The notes below the pieces were generated by a model, which saw nothing but the letters and a program-made list of their open reading frames with translations, was not told the origin of the DNA and searched no databases. DNA of 64,000 bases from contig OZ059896.1 in NCBI GenBank assembly GCA_964057225.1, positions 21,886,001-21,950,000 of the forward strand, written 5' to 3'. The DNA is from Auanema rhodensis. Taxonomy: Eukaryota > Animalia > Nematoda. The position numbers and the translations under genes are program-made. Positions 26,801 to 41,399 of the stretch are shown here, piece by piece; the first letter of the stretch is position 1, and each line of letters starts with the position of its first letter.

Positions 26801-29800
26801 GAAGAATTAATTTTTTCGTTGAATAACATTGTCCATCGTCTTTGCCTTGAAAAAAGGAATCTAAAAACATCTACTTTTTGCTAAATTATTTTGAAATTTT
26901 TCGAAAAAATTTTTGTCAAAATGTTTTTGGAAACAATGTTGAGTGTACATGGAAACTCAACATACACTAATGCATCATTTTTCAAACGATCATAACTAAT
27001 TTCTGTATTAAGCGTTTCTCAATGTAGTATAGTGCATTCGATGCGGATTTTTAAGCTGCGTCGATCTGTGTTATCAGATTTGCGCTAGCTTAAAAATGCA
27101 CCGAGATATCAACTGATATAAGTTCACACTTATATCCTCGATTTTCACCCTGAAGAATTAATTTTTTCGTTGAATAACAATGTCCATCGTCTTTGCCTTG
27201 AAAAAAGGAATCTAAAAACATCTACTTTTTGCTAAATTATTTTGAAATTTTTCGAAAAAATTTTTGTCAAAATGTTTTTGGAAACAATGTTGAGTGTACA
27301 TGGAAACTCAACATACACTAATGCATCATTTTTCAAACGATCATAACTAATTTTTGTATTAAGCGTTTCTCAATGTAGTTTAGTGCATTCGATGCGGATT
27401 TTTAAGCTGCGTCGATCTGTGTTATCAGATTTGCGCTAGCTTAAAAATGCACCGAGATATCAACTGATATAAGTTCACACTTATATCCTCGATTTTCACC
27501 CTGAAAAATTAATTTTTTCGTTGAATAACATTGTCCATCGTCTTTGCCTTGAAAAAAGGAATCTAAAAACATCTACTTTTTGCTAAATTATTTTGAAATT
27601 TTTCGAAAAAATTTTTGTCAAAATGTTTTTGGAAGCAATGTTGAGTGTACATGGAAACTCAACATACACTAATGCATCATTTTTCAAACGATCATAACTA
27701 ATTTCTGTATTAAGCGTTTCTCAATGTAGTATAGTGCATTCGATGCGGATTTTTAAGCTGCGTCGATCTGTGTTATCAGATTTGCGCTAGCTTAAAAATG
27801 CACCGAGATATCAACTGATATATGTTCACACTTATATCCTCGATTTTCACCCTGAAGAATTAATTTTTTCGTCGAATAACATTGTCCATCGTCTTTGCCT
27901 TGAAGAAAGGAATCTAAAAACATCTACTTTTTGCTAAATTATTCTGAAATTTTTCGAAAAAATTTTTGTCAAAATGTTTTTGGAAGCAATGTTGAGTGTA
28001 CATGGAAACTCAACATACACTAATGCATCATTTTTCAAACGATCATAACTAATTTTTGTATTAAGCGTTTCTCAATGTAGTATAGTGCATTCGATGCGGA
28101 TTTTTAAGCTGCGTCGATCTGTGTTATCAGATTTGCGCTAGCTTAAAAATGCACCGAGATATCAACTGATATCTGTTCACACTTATATCCTCGATTTTCA
28201 CCCTGAAGAATTATTTTTTTCGTTGAATAACATTGTCCATCGTCTTTGCTTCGAAAAAAGGAATCTAAAAACATCTACTTTTTGCTAAATTATTTTGAAA
28301 TTTTTCGAAAAAATTTTTGTCAAAATGTTTTTGGAAGCAATGTTGAGTGTACATGGAAACTCAACATACACTAATGCATCATTTTTCAAACGATCATAAC
28401 TAATTTTTGTATTAAGCGTTTCTCAATGTAGTATAGTGCATTCGATGCGGATTTTTAAGCTGCGTCGATCTGTGTTGTCAGATTTGCGCTAGCTTAAAAA
28501 TGCACCGAGATATCAACTGATATATGTTCACACTTATAGCCTCGATTTTCACCCTGAAGAATTAATTTTTTTGTTGAATAACATTGTCCATCGTCTTTGC
28601 TTTGAAAAAAGGAATCTAAAAACATCTACTTTTTGCTAAATTATTTTGAAATTTTTCGAAAAAATTTTTGTCAAAATGTTTTTGGAAGCAATGTTGAGTG
28701 TACATGGAAACTCAACATACACTAATGCATCATTTTTCAAACGATCATAACTAATTTCTGTTATAAGCGTTTCTCAATGTAGTATAGTGCATTCGATGCG
28801 GATTTTTAAGCTGCGTCGATCTGTGGTATCAGATTTGCGCTAGCTTAAAAATGCACCGAGATATCAACTGATATCTGTTCACACTTATATCCTCGATTTT
28901 CACCCTGAAGAATTATTTTTTTCGTTGAATAACATTGTCCATCGTCTTTGCCTTGAAAAAAGAAATCTAAAAACATTTACTTTTTGCTAAATTATTTTGA
29001 AATTTTTCGAAAAAATTTTTGTCAAAATGTTTTTGGAAGCAATGTTGAGTGTACATGGAAACTCAACATACACTAATGCATCATTTTTCAAACGATCATA
29101 ACTAATTTTTGTATTAAGCGTTTCTCAATGTAGTTTAGTGCATTCGATGCGGATTTTTAAGCTGCGTTGATCTGTGTTATCAGATTTGCGCTAGCTTAAA
29201 AATGCACCGAGATATCAACTGATATAAGTTCACACTTATATCCTCGATTTTCACCCTGAAGAATTAATTTTTTCGTTGAATAACATTGTCCATCGTCTTT
29301 GCCTTGAAAAAAGGAATCTAAAAACATCTACTTTTTGCTAAATTATTTTGAAATTTTTCGAAAAAATTTTTGTCAAAATGTTTTTGGAAACAATGTTGAG
29401 TGTACATGGAAACTCAACATACACTAATGCATCATTTTTCAAACGATCATAACTTATTTCTGTATTAAGCGTTTCTCAATGTAGTATAGTGCATTCGATG
29501 CGGATTTTTAAGCTGCGTCGATCTGTGTTATCAGATTTGCGCTAGCTTAAAAATGCACCGAGATATCAACTGATATAAGTTCACACTTATATCCTCGATT
29601 TTCACCCTGAAGAATTAATTTTTTCGTTGAATAACAATGTCCATCGTCTTTGCCTTGAAAAAAGGAATCTAAAAACATCTACTTTTTGCTAAATTATTTT
29701 GAAATTTTTCGAAAAAATTTTTGTCAAAATGTTTTTGGAAACAATGTTGAGTGTACATGGAAACTCAACATACACTAATGCATCATTTTTCAAACGATCA

Positions 29801-32800
29801 TAACTAATTTTTGTATTAAGCGTTTCTCAATGTAGTTTAGTGCATTCGATGCGGATTTTTAAGCTGCGTCGATCTGTGTTATCAGATTTGCGCTAGCTTA
29901 AAAATGCACCGAGATATCAACTGATATAAGTTCACACTTATATCCTCGATTTTCACCCTGAAGAATTAATTTTTTCGTTGAATAACATTGTCCATCGTCT
30001 TTGCCTTGAAAAAAGGAATCTAAAAACATCTACTTTTTGCTAAATTATTTTGAAATTTTTCGAAAAAATTTTTGTCAAAATGTTTTTGGAAACAATGTTG
30101 AGTGTACATGGAAACTCAACATACACTAATGCATCATTTTTCAAACGATCATAACTAATTTCTGTATTAAGCGTTTCTCAATGTAGTATAGTGCATTCGA
30201 TGCGGATTTTTAAGCTGCGTCGATCTGTGTTATCAGATTTGCGCTAGCTTAAAAATGCACCGAGATATCAACTGATATATGTTCACACTTATATCCTCGA
30301 TTTTCACCCTGAAGAATTAATTTTTTCGTCGAATAACATTGTCCATCGTCTTTGCCTTGAAGAAAGGAATCTAAAAACATCTACTTTTTGCTAAATTATT
30401 CTGAAATTTTTCGAAAAAATTTTTGTCAAAATGTTTTTGGAAGCAATGTTGAGTGTACATGGAAACTCAACATACACTAATGCATCATTTTTCAAACGAT
30501 CATAACTAATTTTTGTATTAAGCGTTTCTCAATGTAGTATAGTGCATTCGATGCGGATTTTTAAGCTGCGTCGATCTGTGTTATCAGATTTGCGCTAGCT
30601 TAAAAATGCACCGAGATATCAACTGATATCTGTTCACACTTATATCCTCGATTTTCACCCTGAAGAATTATTTTTTTCGTTGAATAACATTGTCCATCGT
30701 CTTTGCTTCGAAAAAAGGAATCTAAAAACATCTACTTTTTGCTAAATTATTTTGAAATTTTTCGAAAAAATTTTTGTCAAAATGTTTTTGGAAGCAATGT
30801 TGAGTGTACATGGAAACTCAACATACACTAATGCATCATTTTTCAAACGATCATAACTAATTTTTGTATTAAGCGTTTCTCAATGTAGTATAGTGCATTC
30901 GATGCGGATTTTTAAGCTGCGTCGATCTGTGTTGTCAGATTTGCGCTAGCTTAAAAATGCACCGAGATATCAACTGATATATGTTCACACTTATAGCCTC
31001 GATTTTCACCCTGAAGAATTAATTTTTTTGTTGAATAACATTGTCCATCGTCTTTGCTTTGAAAAAAGGAATCTAAAAACATCTACTTTTTGCTAAATTA
31101 TTTTGAAATTTTTCGAAAAAATTTTTGTCAAAATGTTTTTGGAAGCAATGTTGAGTGTACATGGAAACTCAACATACACTAATGCATCATTTTTCAAACG
31201 ATCATAACTAATTTCTGTTATAAGCGTTTCTCAATGTAGTATAGTGCATTCGATGCGGATTTTTAAGCTGCGTCGATCTGTGGTATCAGATTTGCGCTAG
31301 CTTAAAAATGCACCGAGATATCAACTGATATCTGTTCACACTTATATCCTCGATTTTCACCCTGAAGAATTATTTTTTTCGTTGAATAACATTGTCCATC
31401 GTCTTTGCCTTGAAAAAAGAAATCTAAAAACATTTACTTTTTGCTAAATTATTTTGAAATTTTTCGAAAAAATTTTTGTCAAAATGTTTTTGGAAGCAAT
31501 GTTGAGTGTACATGGAAACTCAACATACACTAATGCATCATTTTTCAAACGATCATAACTAATTTTTGTATTAAGCGTTTCTCAATGTAGTTTAGTGCAT
31601 TCGATGCGGATTTTTAAGCTGCGTTGATCTGTGTTATCAGATTTGCGCTAGCTTAAAAATGCACCGAGATATCAACTGATATAAGTTCACACTTATATCC
31701 TCGATTTTCACCCTGAAGAATTAATTTTTTCGTTGAATAACATTGTCCATCGTCTTTGCCTTGAAAAAAGGAATCTAAAAACATCTACTTTTTGCTAAAT
31801 TATTTTGAAATTTTTCGAAAAAATTTTTGTCAAAATGTTTTTGGAAACAATGTTGAGTGTACATGGAAACTCAACATACACTAATGCATCATTTTTCAAA
31901 CGATCATAACTTATTTCTGTATTAAGCGTTTCTCAATGTAGTATAGTGCATTCGATGCGGATTTTTAAGCTGCGTCGATCTGTGTTATCAGATTTGCGCT
32001 AGCTTAAAAATGCACCGAGATATCAACTGATATAAGTTCACACTTATATCCTCGATTTTCACCCTGAAGAATTAATTTTTTCGTTGAATAACAATGTCCA
32101 TCGTCTTTGCCTTGAAAAAAGGAATCTAAAAACATCTACTTTTTGCTAAATTATTTTGAAATTTTTCGAAAAAATTTTTGTCAAAATGTTTTTGGAAACA
32201 ATGTTGAGTGTACATGGAAACTCAACATACACTAATGCATCATTTTTCAAACGATCATAACTAATTTTTGTATTAAGCGTTTCTCAATGTAGTTTAGTGC
32301 ATTCGATGCGGATTTTTAAGCTGCGTCGATCTGTGTTATCAGATTTGCGCTAGCTTAAAAATGCACCGAGATATCAACTGATATAAGTTCACACTTATAT
32401 CCTCGATTTTCACCCTGAAAAATTAATTTTTTCGTTGAATAACATTGTCCATCGTCTTTGCCTTGAAAAAAGGAATCTAAAAACATCTACTTTTTGCTAA
32501 ATTATTTTGAAATTTTTCGAAAAAATTTTTGTCAAAATGTTTTTGGAAGCAATGTTGAGTGTACATGGAAACTCAACATACACTAATGCATCATTTTTCA
32601 AACGATCATAACTAATTTCTGTATTAAGCGTTTCTCAATGTAGTATAGTGCATTCGATGCGGATTTTTAAGCTGCGTCGATCTGTGTTATCAGATTTGCG
32701 CTAGCTTAAAAATGCACCGAGATATCAACTGATATATGTTCACACTTATATCCTCGATTTTCACCCTGAAGAATTAATTTTTTCGTCGAATAACATTGTC

Positions 32801-33677
32801 CATCGTCTTTGCCTTGAAGAAAGGAATCTAAAAACATCTACTTTTTGCTAAATTATTCTGAAATTTTTCGAAAAAATTTTTGTCAAAATGTTTTTGGAAG
32901 CAATGTTGAGTGTACATGGAAACTCAACATACACTAATGCATCATTTTTCAAACGATCATAACTAATTTTTGTATTAAGCGTTTCTCAATGTAGTATAGT
33001 GCATTCGATGCGGATTTTTAAGCTGCGTCGATCTGTGTTATCAGATTTGCGCTAGCTTAAAAATGCACCGAGATATCAACTGATATCTGTTCACACTTAT
33101 ATCCTCGATTTTCACCCTGAAGAATTATTTTTTTCGTTGAATAACATTGTCCATCGTCTTTGCTTCGAAAAAAGGAATCTAAAAACATCTACTTTTTGCT
33201 AAATTATTTTGAAATTTTTCGAAAAAATTTTTGTCAAAATGTTTTTGGAAGCAATGTTGAGTGTACATGGAAACTCAACATACACTAATGCATCATTTTT
33301 CAAACGATCATAACTAATTTTTGTATTAAGCGTTTCTCAATGTAGTATAGTGCATTCGATGCGGATTTTTAAGCTGCGTCGATCTGTGTTGTCAGATTTG
33401 CGCTAGCTTAAAAATGCACCGAGATATCAACTGATATAAGTTCACACTTATAGCCTCGATTTTCACCCTGAAGAATTAATTTTTTTGTTGAATAACATTG
33501 TCCATCGTCTTTGCTTTGAAAAAAGGAATCTAAAAACATCTACTTTTTGCTAAATTATTTTGAAATTTTTCGAAAAAATTTTTGTCAAAATGTTTTTGGA
33601 AGCAATGTTGAGTGTACATGGAAACTCAACATACACTAATGCATCATTTTTCAAACGATCATAACTAATTTCTGTTA
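23850..33677 (+). repeat. 7-mer HOR (period 2457 bp), about 4 copies
   Basis: The marker gcgttga lies at 24254, 26711, 29168 and 31625 (each +2457). The tatatg/gtcgaa/gaagaa monomer starts at 25254, 27711, 30168 and 32625. The gcttcg monomer starts at 25605, 28062, 30519 and 32976. Confidence 0.9.
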
Positions 33678-36600
33678 TAAGCGTTTCTCAATGTAGTATA
33701 GTGCATTCGATGCGGATTTTTAAGCTGCGTCGATCTGTGTTATCAGATTTGCGCTAGCTTAAAAATGCACCGAGATATCAACTGATATAAGTTCACACTT
33801 ATATCCTCGATTTTCACCCTGAAGAATTAATTTTTTCGTTGAATAACATTGTCCATCGTCTTTGCTTTGAAAAAAGGAATCTAAAAACATCTACTTTTTG
33901 CTAAATTATTTTGAAATTTTTCGAAAAAATTTTTGTCAAAATGTTTTTGGAAGCAATGTTGAGTGTACATGGAAACTCAACATACACTAAAGCATCATTT
34001 TTCAAACGATCATAACTAATTTTTGTATTAAGCGTTTCTCAATGTAGTATAGTGCACTCGCTGCGGATTTTTAAGCTGCGTCGATCTGTGTTATCAGATT
34101 TGCGCTAGCTTAAAAATGCACCGAGATATCAACTGATATAAGTTCACACTTATATCCTCGATTTTCACCCTGAAGAATTAATTTTTTCGTTGAATAACAT
34201 TGTCCATCGTCTTTGCTTTGAAAAAAGGAATCTAAAAACATCTACTTTTTGCTAAATTATTTTGAAATTTTTCGAAAAAATTTTTGTCAAAATGTTTTTG
34301 GAAGCAATGTTGAGTGTACATGGAAACTCAACATACACTAATGCATCATTTTTCAAACGATCATAACTAATTTTTGTATTAAGCGTTTCTCAATGTAGTT
34401 TAGTGCATTCGATGCGGATTTTTAAGCTGCGTCGATCTGTGTTATCAGATTTGCGCTAGCTTAAAAATGCACCGAGATATCAACTGATATAAGTTCACAC
34501 TTATATCCTCGATTTTCACCCTGAAGAATTAATTTTTTCGTTGAATAACATTGTCCATCGTCTTTGCCTTGAAAAAAGGAATCTAAAAACATCTACTTTT
34601 TGCTAAATTATTTTGAAATTTTTCGAAAAAATTTTTGTCAAAATGTTTTTGGAAACAATGTTGAGTGTACATGGAAACTCAACATACACTAATGCATCAT
34701 TTTTCAAACGATCATAACTAATTTCTGTATTAAGCGTTTCTCAATGTAGTATAGTGCATTCGATGCGGATTTTTAAGCTGCGTCGATCTGTGTTATCAGA
34801 TTTGCGCTAGCTTAAAAATGCACCGAGATATCAACTGATATAAGTTCACACTTATATCCTCGATTTTCACCCTGAAGAATTATTTTTTTCGTTGAATAAC
34901 CATGTCCATCGTCTTTGCCTTGAAAAAAGGAATCTAAAAACATCTACTTTTTGCTAAATTATTTTGAAATTTTTCGAAAAAATTTTTGTCAAAATGTTTT
35001 TGGAAACAATGTTGAGTGTACATGGAAACTCAACATACACTAATGCATCATTTTTCAAACGATCATAACTAATTTCTGTATAAAGCGTTTCTCAATGTAG
35101 TATAGTGCATTCGATGCGGATTTTTAAGCTGCGTCGATCTGTGTTATCAGATTTGCGCTAGCTTAAAAATGCACCGAGATATCAACTGATATCTGTTCAC
35201 ACTTATATCCTCGATTTTCACCCTGAAGAATTATTTTTTTCGTTGAATAACATTGTCCATCGTCTTTGCCTTGAAAAAAGGAATCTAAAAACATCTACTT
35301 TTTGCTAAATTATTTTGAAATTTTTCGAAAAAATTTTTGTCAAAATGTTTTTGGAAACAATGTTGAGTGTACATGGAAACTCAACATACACTAATGCATC
35401 ATTTTTCAAACGATCATAACTAATTTCTGTATTAAGCGTTTCTCAATGTAGTATAGTGCATTCGATGCGGATTTTTAAGCTGCGTCGATCTGTGTTATCA
35501 GATTTGCGCTAGCTTAAAAATGCACCGAGATATCAACTGATATATTTTCACACTTATATCCTCGATTTTCACCCTGAAAAATTAATTTTTTCGTTGAATA
35601 ACATTGTCCATCGTCTTTGCCTTGAAAAAAGGAATCTAAAAACATCTACTTTTTGCTAAATTATTTTGAAATTTTTCGAAAAAATTTTTGTCAAAATGTT
35701 TTTGGAAACAATGTTGAGTGTACATGGAAACTCAACATACACTAATGCATCATTTTTCAAACGATCATAACTAATTTCTGTATTAAGCGTTTCTCAATGT
35801 AGTATAGTGCATTCGATGCGGATTTTTAAGCTGCGTCGATCTGTGTTATCAGATTTGCGCTAGCTTAAAAATGCACCGAGATATCAACTGATATAAGTTC
35901 ACACTTATATCCTCGATTTTCACCCTGAAGAATTAATTTTTTCGTTGAATAACAATGTCCATCGTCTTTGCCTTGAAAAAAGGAATCTAAAAACATCTAC
36001 TTTTTGCTAAATTATTTTGAAATTTTTCGAAAAAATTTTTGTCAAAATGTTTTTGGAAACAATGTTGAGTGTACATGGAAACTCAACATACACTAATGCA
36101 TCATTTTTCAAACGATCATAACTAATTTTTGTATTAAGCGTTTCTCAATGTAGTTTAGTGCATTCGATGCGGATTTTTAAGCTGCGTCGATCTGTGTTAT
36201 CAGATTTGCGCTAGCTTAAAAATGCACCGAGATATCAACTGATATAAGTTCACACTTATATCCTCGATTTTCACCCTGAAAAATTAATTTTTTTGTTGAA
36301 TAACATTGTCCATCGTCTTTGCCTTGAAAAAAGGAATCTAAAAACATCTACTTTTTGCTAAATTATTTTGAAATTTTTCGAAAAAATTTTTGTCAAAATG
36401 TTTTTGGAAGCAATGTTGAGTGTACATGGAAACTCAACATACACTAATGCATCATTTTTCAAACGATCATAACTAATTTCTGTATTAAGCGTTTCTCAAT
36501 GTAGTATAGTGCATTCGATGCGGATTTTTAAGCTGCGTCGATCTGTGTTATCAGATTTGCGCTAGCTTAAAAATGCACCGAGATATCAACTGATATATGT

Positions 36601-37889
36601 TCACACTTATATCCTCGATTTTCACCCTGAAGAATTAATTTTTTCGTCGAATAACATTGTCCATCGTCTTTGCCTTGAAGAAAGGAATCTAAAAACATCT
36701 ACTTTTTGCTAAATTATTCTGAAATTTTTCGAAAAAATTTTTGTCAAAATGTTTTTGGAAGCAATGTTGAGTGTACATGGAAACTCAACATACACTAATG
36801 CATCATTTTTCAAACGATCATAACTAATTTTTGTATTAAGCGTTTCTCAATGTAGTATAGTGCATTCGATGCGGATTTTTAAGCTGCGTCGATCTGTGTT
36901 ATCAGATTTGCGCTAGCTTAAAAATGCACCGAGATATCAACTGATATCTGTTCACACTTATATCCTCGATTTTCACCCTGAAGAATTATTTTTTTCGTTG
37001 AATAACATTGTCCATCGTCTTTGCTTTGAAAAAAGGAATCTAAAAACATCTACTTTTTGCTAAATTATTTTGAAATTTTTCGAAAAAATTTTTGTCAAAA
37101 TGTTTTTGGAAGCAATGTTGAGTGTACATGGAAACTCAACATACACTAAAGCATCATTTTTCAAACGATCATAACTAATTTTTGTATTAAGCGTTTCTCA
37201 ATGTAGTATAGTGCATTCGCTGCGGATTTTTAAGCTGCGTCGATCTGTGTTATCAGATTTGCGCTAGCTTAAAAATGCACCGAGATATCAACTGATATAA
37301 GTTCACACTTATATCCTCGATTTTCACCCTGAAGAATTAATTTTTTCGTTGAATAACATTGTCCATCGTCTTTGCTTTGAAAAAAGGAATCTAAAAACAT
37401 CTACTTTTTGCTAAATTATTTTGAAATTTTTCGAAAAAATTTTTGTCAAAATGTTTTTGGAAGCAATGTTGAGTGTACATGGAAACTCAACATACACTAA
37501 TGCATCATTTTTCAAACGATCATAACTAATTTTTGTATTAAGCGTTTCTCAATGTAGTTTAGTGCATTCGATGCGGATTTTTAAGCTGCGTCGATCTGTG
37601 TTATCAGATTTGCGCTAGCTTAAAAATGCACCGAGATATCAACTGATATAAGTTCACACTTATATCCTCGATTTTCACCCTGAAGAATTAATTTTTTCGT
37701 TGAATAACATTGTCCATCGTCTTTGCCTTGAAAAAAGGAATCTAAAAACATCTACTTTTTGCTAAATTATTTTGAAATTTTTCGAAAAAATTTTTGTCAA
37801 AATGTTTTTGGAAACAATGTTGAGTGTACATGGAAACTCAACATACACTAATGCATCATTTTTCAAACGATCATAACTAATTTCTGTAT

Positions 37890-39293
37890 TAAGCGTTTCT
37901 CAATGTAGTATAGTGCATTCGATGCGGATTTTTAAGCTGCGTCGATCTGTGTTATCAGATTTGCGCTAGCTTAAAAATGCACCGAGATATCAACTGATAT
38001 AAGTTCACACTTATATCCTCGATTTTCACCCTGAAGAATTATTTTTTTCGTTGAATAACCATGTCCATCGTCTTTGCCTTGAAAAAAGGAATCTAAAAAC
38101 ATCTACTTTTTGCTAAATTATTTTGAAATTTTTCGAAAAAATTTTTGTCAAAATGTTTTTGGAAGCAATGTTGAGTGTACATGGAAACTCAACATACACT
38201 AATGCATCATTTTTCAAACGATCATAACTAATTTTTGTATTAAGCGTTTCTCAATGTAGTATAGTGCATTCGATGCGGATTTTTAAGCTGCGTCGATCTG
38301 TGTTGTCAGATTTGCGCTAGCTTAAAAATGCACCGAGATATCAACTGATATAAGTTCACACTTATAGCCTCGATTTTCACCCTGAAGAATTATTTTTTTC
38401 GTTGAATAACATTGTCCATCGTCTTTGCCTTGAAAAAAGGAATCTAAAAACATCTACTTTTTGCTAAATTATTTTGAAATTTTTCGAAAAAATTTTTGTC
38501 AAAATGTTTTTGGAAACAATGTTGAGTGTACATGGAAACTCAACATACACTAATGCATCATTTTTCAAACGATCATAACTAATTTCTGTATTAAGCGTTT
38601 CTCAATGTAGTATAGTGCATTCGATGCGGATTTTTAAGCTGCGTCGATCTGTGTTATCAGATTTGCGCTAGCTTAAAAATGCACCGAGATATCAACTGAT
38701 ATAAGTTCACACTTATATCCTCGATTTTCACCCTGAAGAATTATTTTTTTCGTTGAATAACCATGTCCATCGTCTTTGCCTTGAAAAAAGGAATCTAAAA
38801 ACATCTACTTTTTGCTAAATTATTTTGAAATTTTTCGAAAAAATTTTTGTCAAAATGTTTTTGGAAGCAATGTTGAGTGTACATGGAAACTCAACATACA
38901 CTAATGCATCATTTTTCAAACGATCATAACTAATTTTTGTATTAAGCGTTTCTCAATGTAGTATAGTGCATTCGATGCGGATTTTTAAGCTGCGTCGATC
39001 TGTGTTGTCAGATTTGCGCTAGCTTAAAAATGCACCGAGATATCAACTGATATAAGTTCACACTTATAGCCTCGATTTTCACCCTGAAGAATTATTTTTT
39101 TCGTTGAATAACATTGTCCATCGTCTTTGCCTTGAAAAAAGGAATCTAAAAACATCTACTTTTTGCTAAATTATTTTGAAATTTTTCGAAAAAATTTTTG
39201 TCAAAATGTTTTTGGAAACAATGTTGAGTGTACATGGAAACTCAACATACACTAATGCATCATTTTTCAAACGATCATAACTAATTTCTGTAT
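37890..39293 (+). repeat. Local 2-monomer duplication (period 702 bp)
   Basis: An accatg monomer followed by a gttgtc/tagcc monomer occurs at 37890/38241 and again at 38592/38943. Confidence 0.8.
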
Positions 39294-41399
39294 TAAGCGT
39301 TTCTCAATGTAGTATAGTGCATTCGATGCGGATTTTTAAGCTGCGTCGATCTGTGTTATCAGATTTGCGCTAGCTTAAAAATGCACCGAGATATCAACTG
39401 ATATATTTTCACACTTATATCCTCGATTTTCACCCTGAAAAATTAATTTTTTCGTTGAATAACATTGTCCATCGTCTTTGCCTTGAAAAAAGGAATCTAA
39501 AAACATCTACTTTTTGCTAAATTATTTTGAAATTTTTCGAAAAAATTTTTGTCAAAATGTTTTTGGAAACAATGTTGAGTGTACATGGAAACTCAACATA
39601 CACTAATGCATCATTTTTCAAACGATCATAACTAATTTCTGTATTAAGCGTTTCTCAATGTAGTATAGTGCATTCGATGCGGATTTTTAAGCTGCGTCGA
39701 TCTGTGTTATCAGATTTGCGCTAGCTTAAAAATGCACCGAGATATCAACTGATATAAGTTCACACTTATATCCTCGATTTTCACCCTGAAGAATTAATTT
39801 TTTCGTTGAATAACAATGTCCATCGTCTTTGCCTTGAAAAAAGGAATCTAAAAACATCTACTTTTTGCTAAATTATTTTGAAATTTTTCGAAAAAATTTT
39901 TGTCAAAATGTTTTTGGAAACAATGTTGAGTGTACATGGAAACTCAACATACACTAATGCATCATTTTTCAAACGATCATAACTAATTTTTGTATTAAGC
40001 GTTTCTCAATGTAGTTTAGTGCATTCGATGCGGATTTTTAAGCTGCGTCGATCTGTGTTATCAGATTTGCGCTAGCTTAAAAATGCACCGAGATATCAAC
40101 TGATATAAGTTCACACTTATATCCTCGATTTTCACCCTGAAAAATTAATTTTTTTGTTGAATAACATTGTCCATCGTCTTTGCCTTGAAAAAAGGAATCT
40201 AAAAACATCTACTTTTTGCTAAATTATTTTGAAATTTTTCGAAAAAATTTTTGTCAAAATGTTTTTGGAAGCAATGTTGAGTGTACATGGAAACTCAACA
40301 TACACTAATGCATCATTTTTCAAACGATCATAACTAATTTCTGTATTAAGCGTTTCTCAATGTAGTATAGTGCATTCGATGCGGATTTTTAAGCTGCGTC
40401 GATCTGTGTTATCAGATTTGCGCTAGCTTAAAAATGCACCGAGATATCAACTGATATATTTTCACACTTATATCCTCGATTTTCACCCTGAAAAATTAAT
40501 TTTTTCGTTGAATAACATTGTCCATCGTCTTTGCCTTGAAAAAAGGAATCTAAAAACATCTACTTTTTGCTAAATTATTTTGAAATTTTTCGAAAAAATT
40601 TTTGTCAAAATGTTTTTGGAAACAATGTTGAGTGTACATGGAAACTCAACATACACTAATGCATCATTTTTCAAACGATCATAACTAATTTCTGTATTAA
40701 GCGTTTCTCAATGTAGTATAGTGCATTCGATGCGGATTTTTAAGCTGCGTCGATCTGTGTTATCAGATTTGCGCTAGCTTAAAAATGCACCGAGATATCA
40801 ACTGATATAAGTTCACACTTATATCCTCGATTTTCACCCTGAAGAATTAATTTTTTCGTTGAATAACAATGTCCATCGTCTTTGCCTTGAAAAAAGGAAT
40901 CTAAAAACATCTACTTTTTGCTAAATTATTTTGAAATTTTTCGAAAAAATTTTTGTCAAAATGTTTTTGGAAACAATGTTGAGTGTACATGGAAACTCAA
41001 CATACACTAATGCATCATTTTTCAAACGATCATAACTAATTTTTGTATTAAGCGTTTCTCAATGTAGTTTAGTGCATTCGATGCGGATTTTTAAGCTGCG
41101 TCGATCTGTGTTATCAGATTTGCGCTAGCTTAAAAATGCACCGAGATATCAACTGATATAAGTTCACACTTATATCCTCGATTTTCACCCTGAAAAATTA
41201 ATTTTTTTGTTGAATAACATTGTCCATCGTCTTTGCCTTGAAAAAAGGAATCTAAAAACATCTACTTTTTGCTAAATTATTTTGAAATTTTTCGAAAAAA
41301 TTTTTGTCAAAATGTTTTTGGAAGCAATGTTGAGTGTACATGGAAACTCAACATACACTAATGCATCATTTTTCAAACGATCATAACTAATTTCTGTAT
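39294..41399 (+). repeat. Local 3-monomer duplication (period 1053 bp)
   Basis: The triplet tatattt / aacaat / gttta+tgaaaa+ttttgtt starts at 39294 and at 40347. The same triplet also occurs at 35433. Confidence 0.8.
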
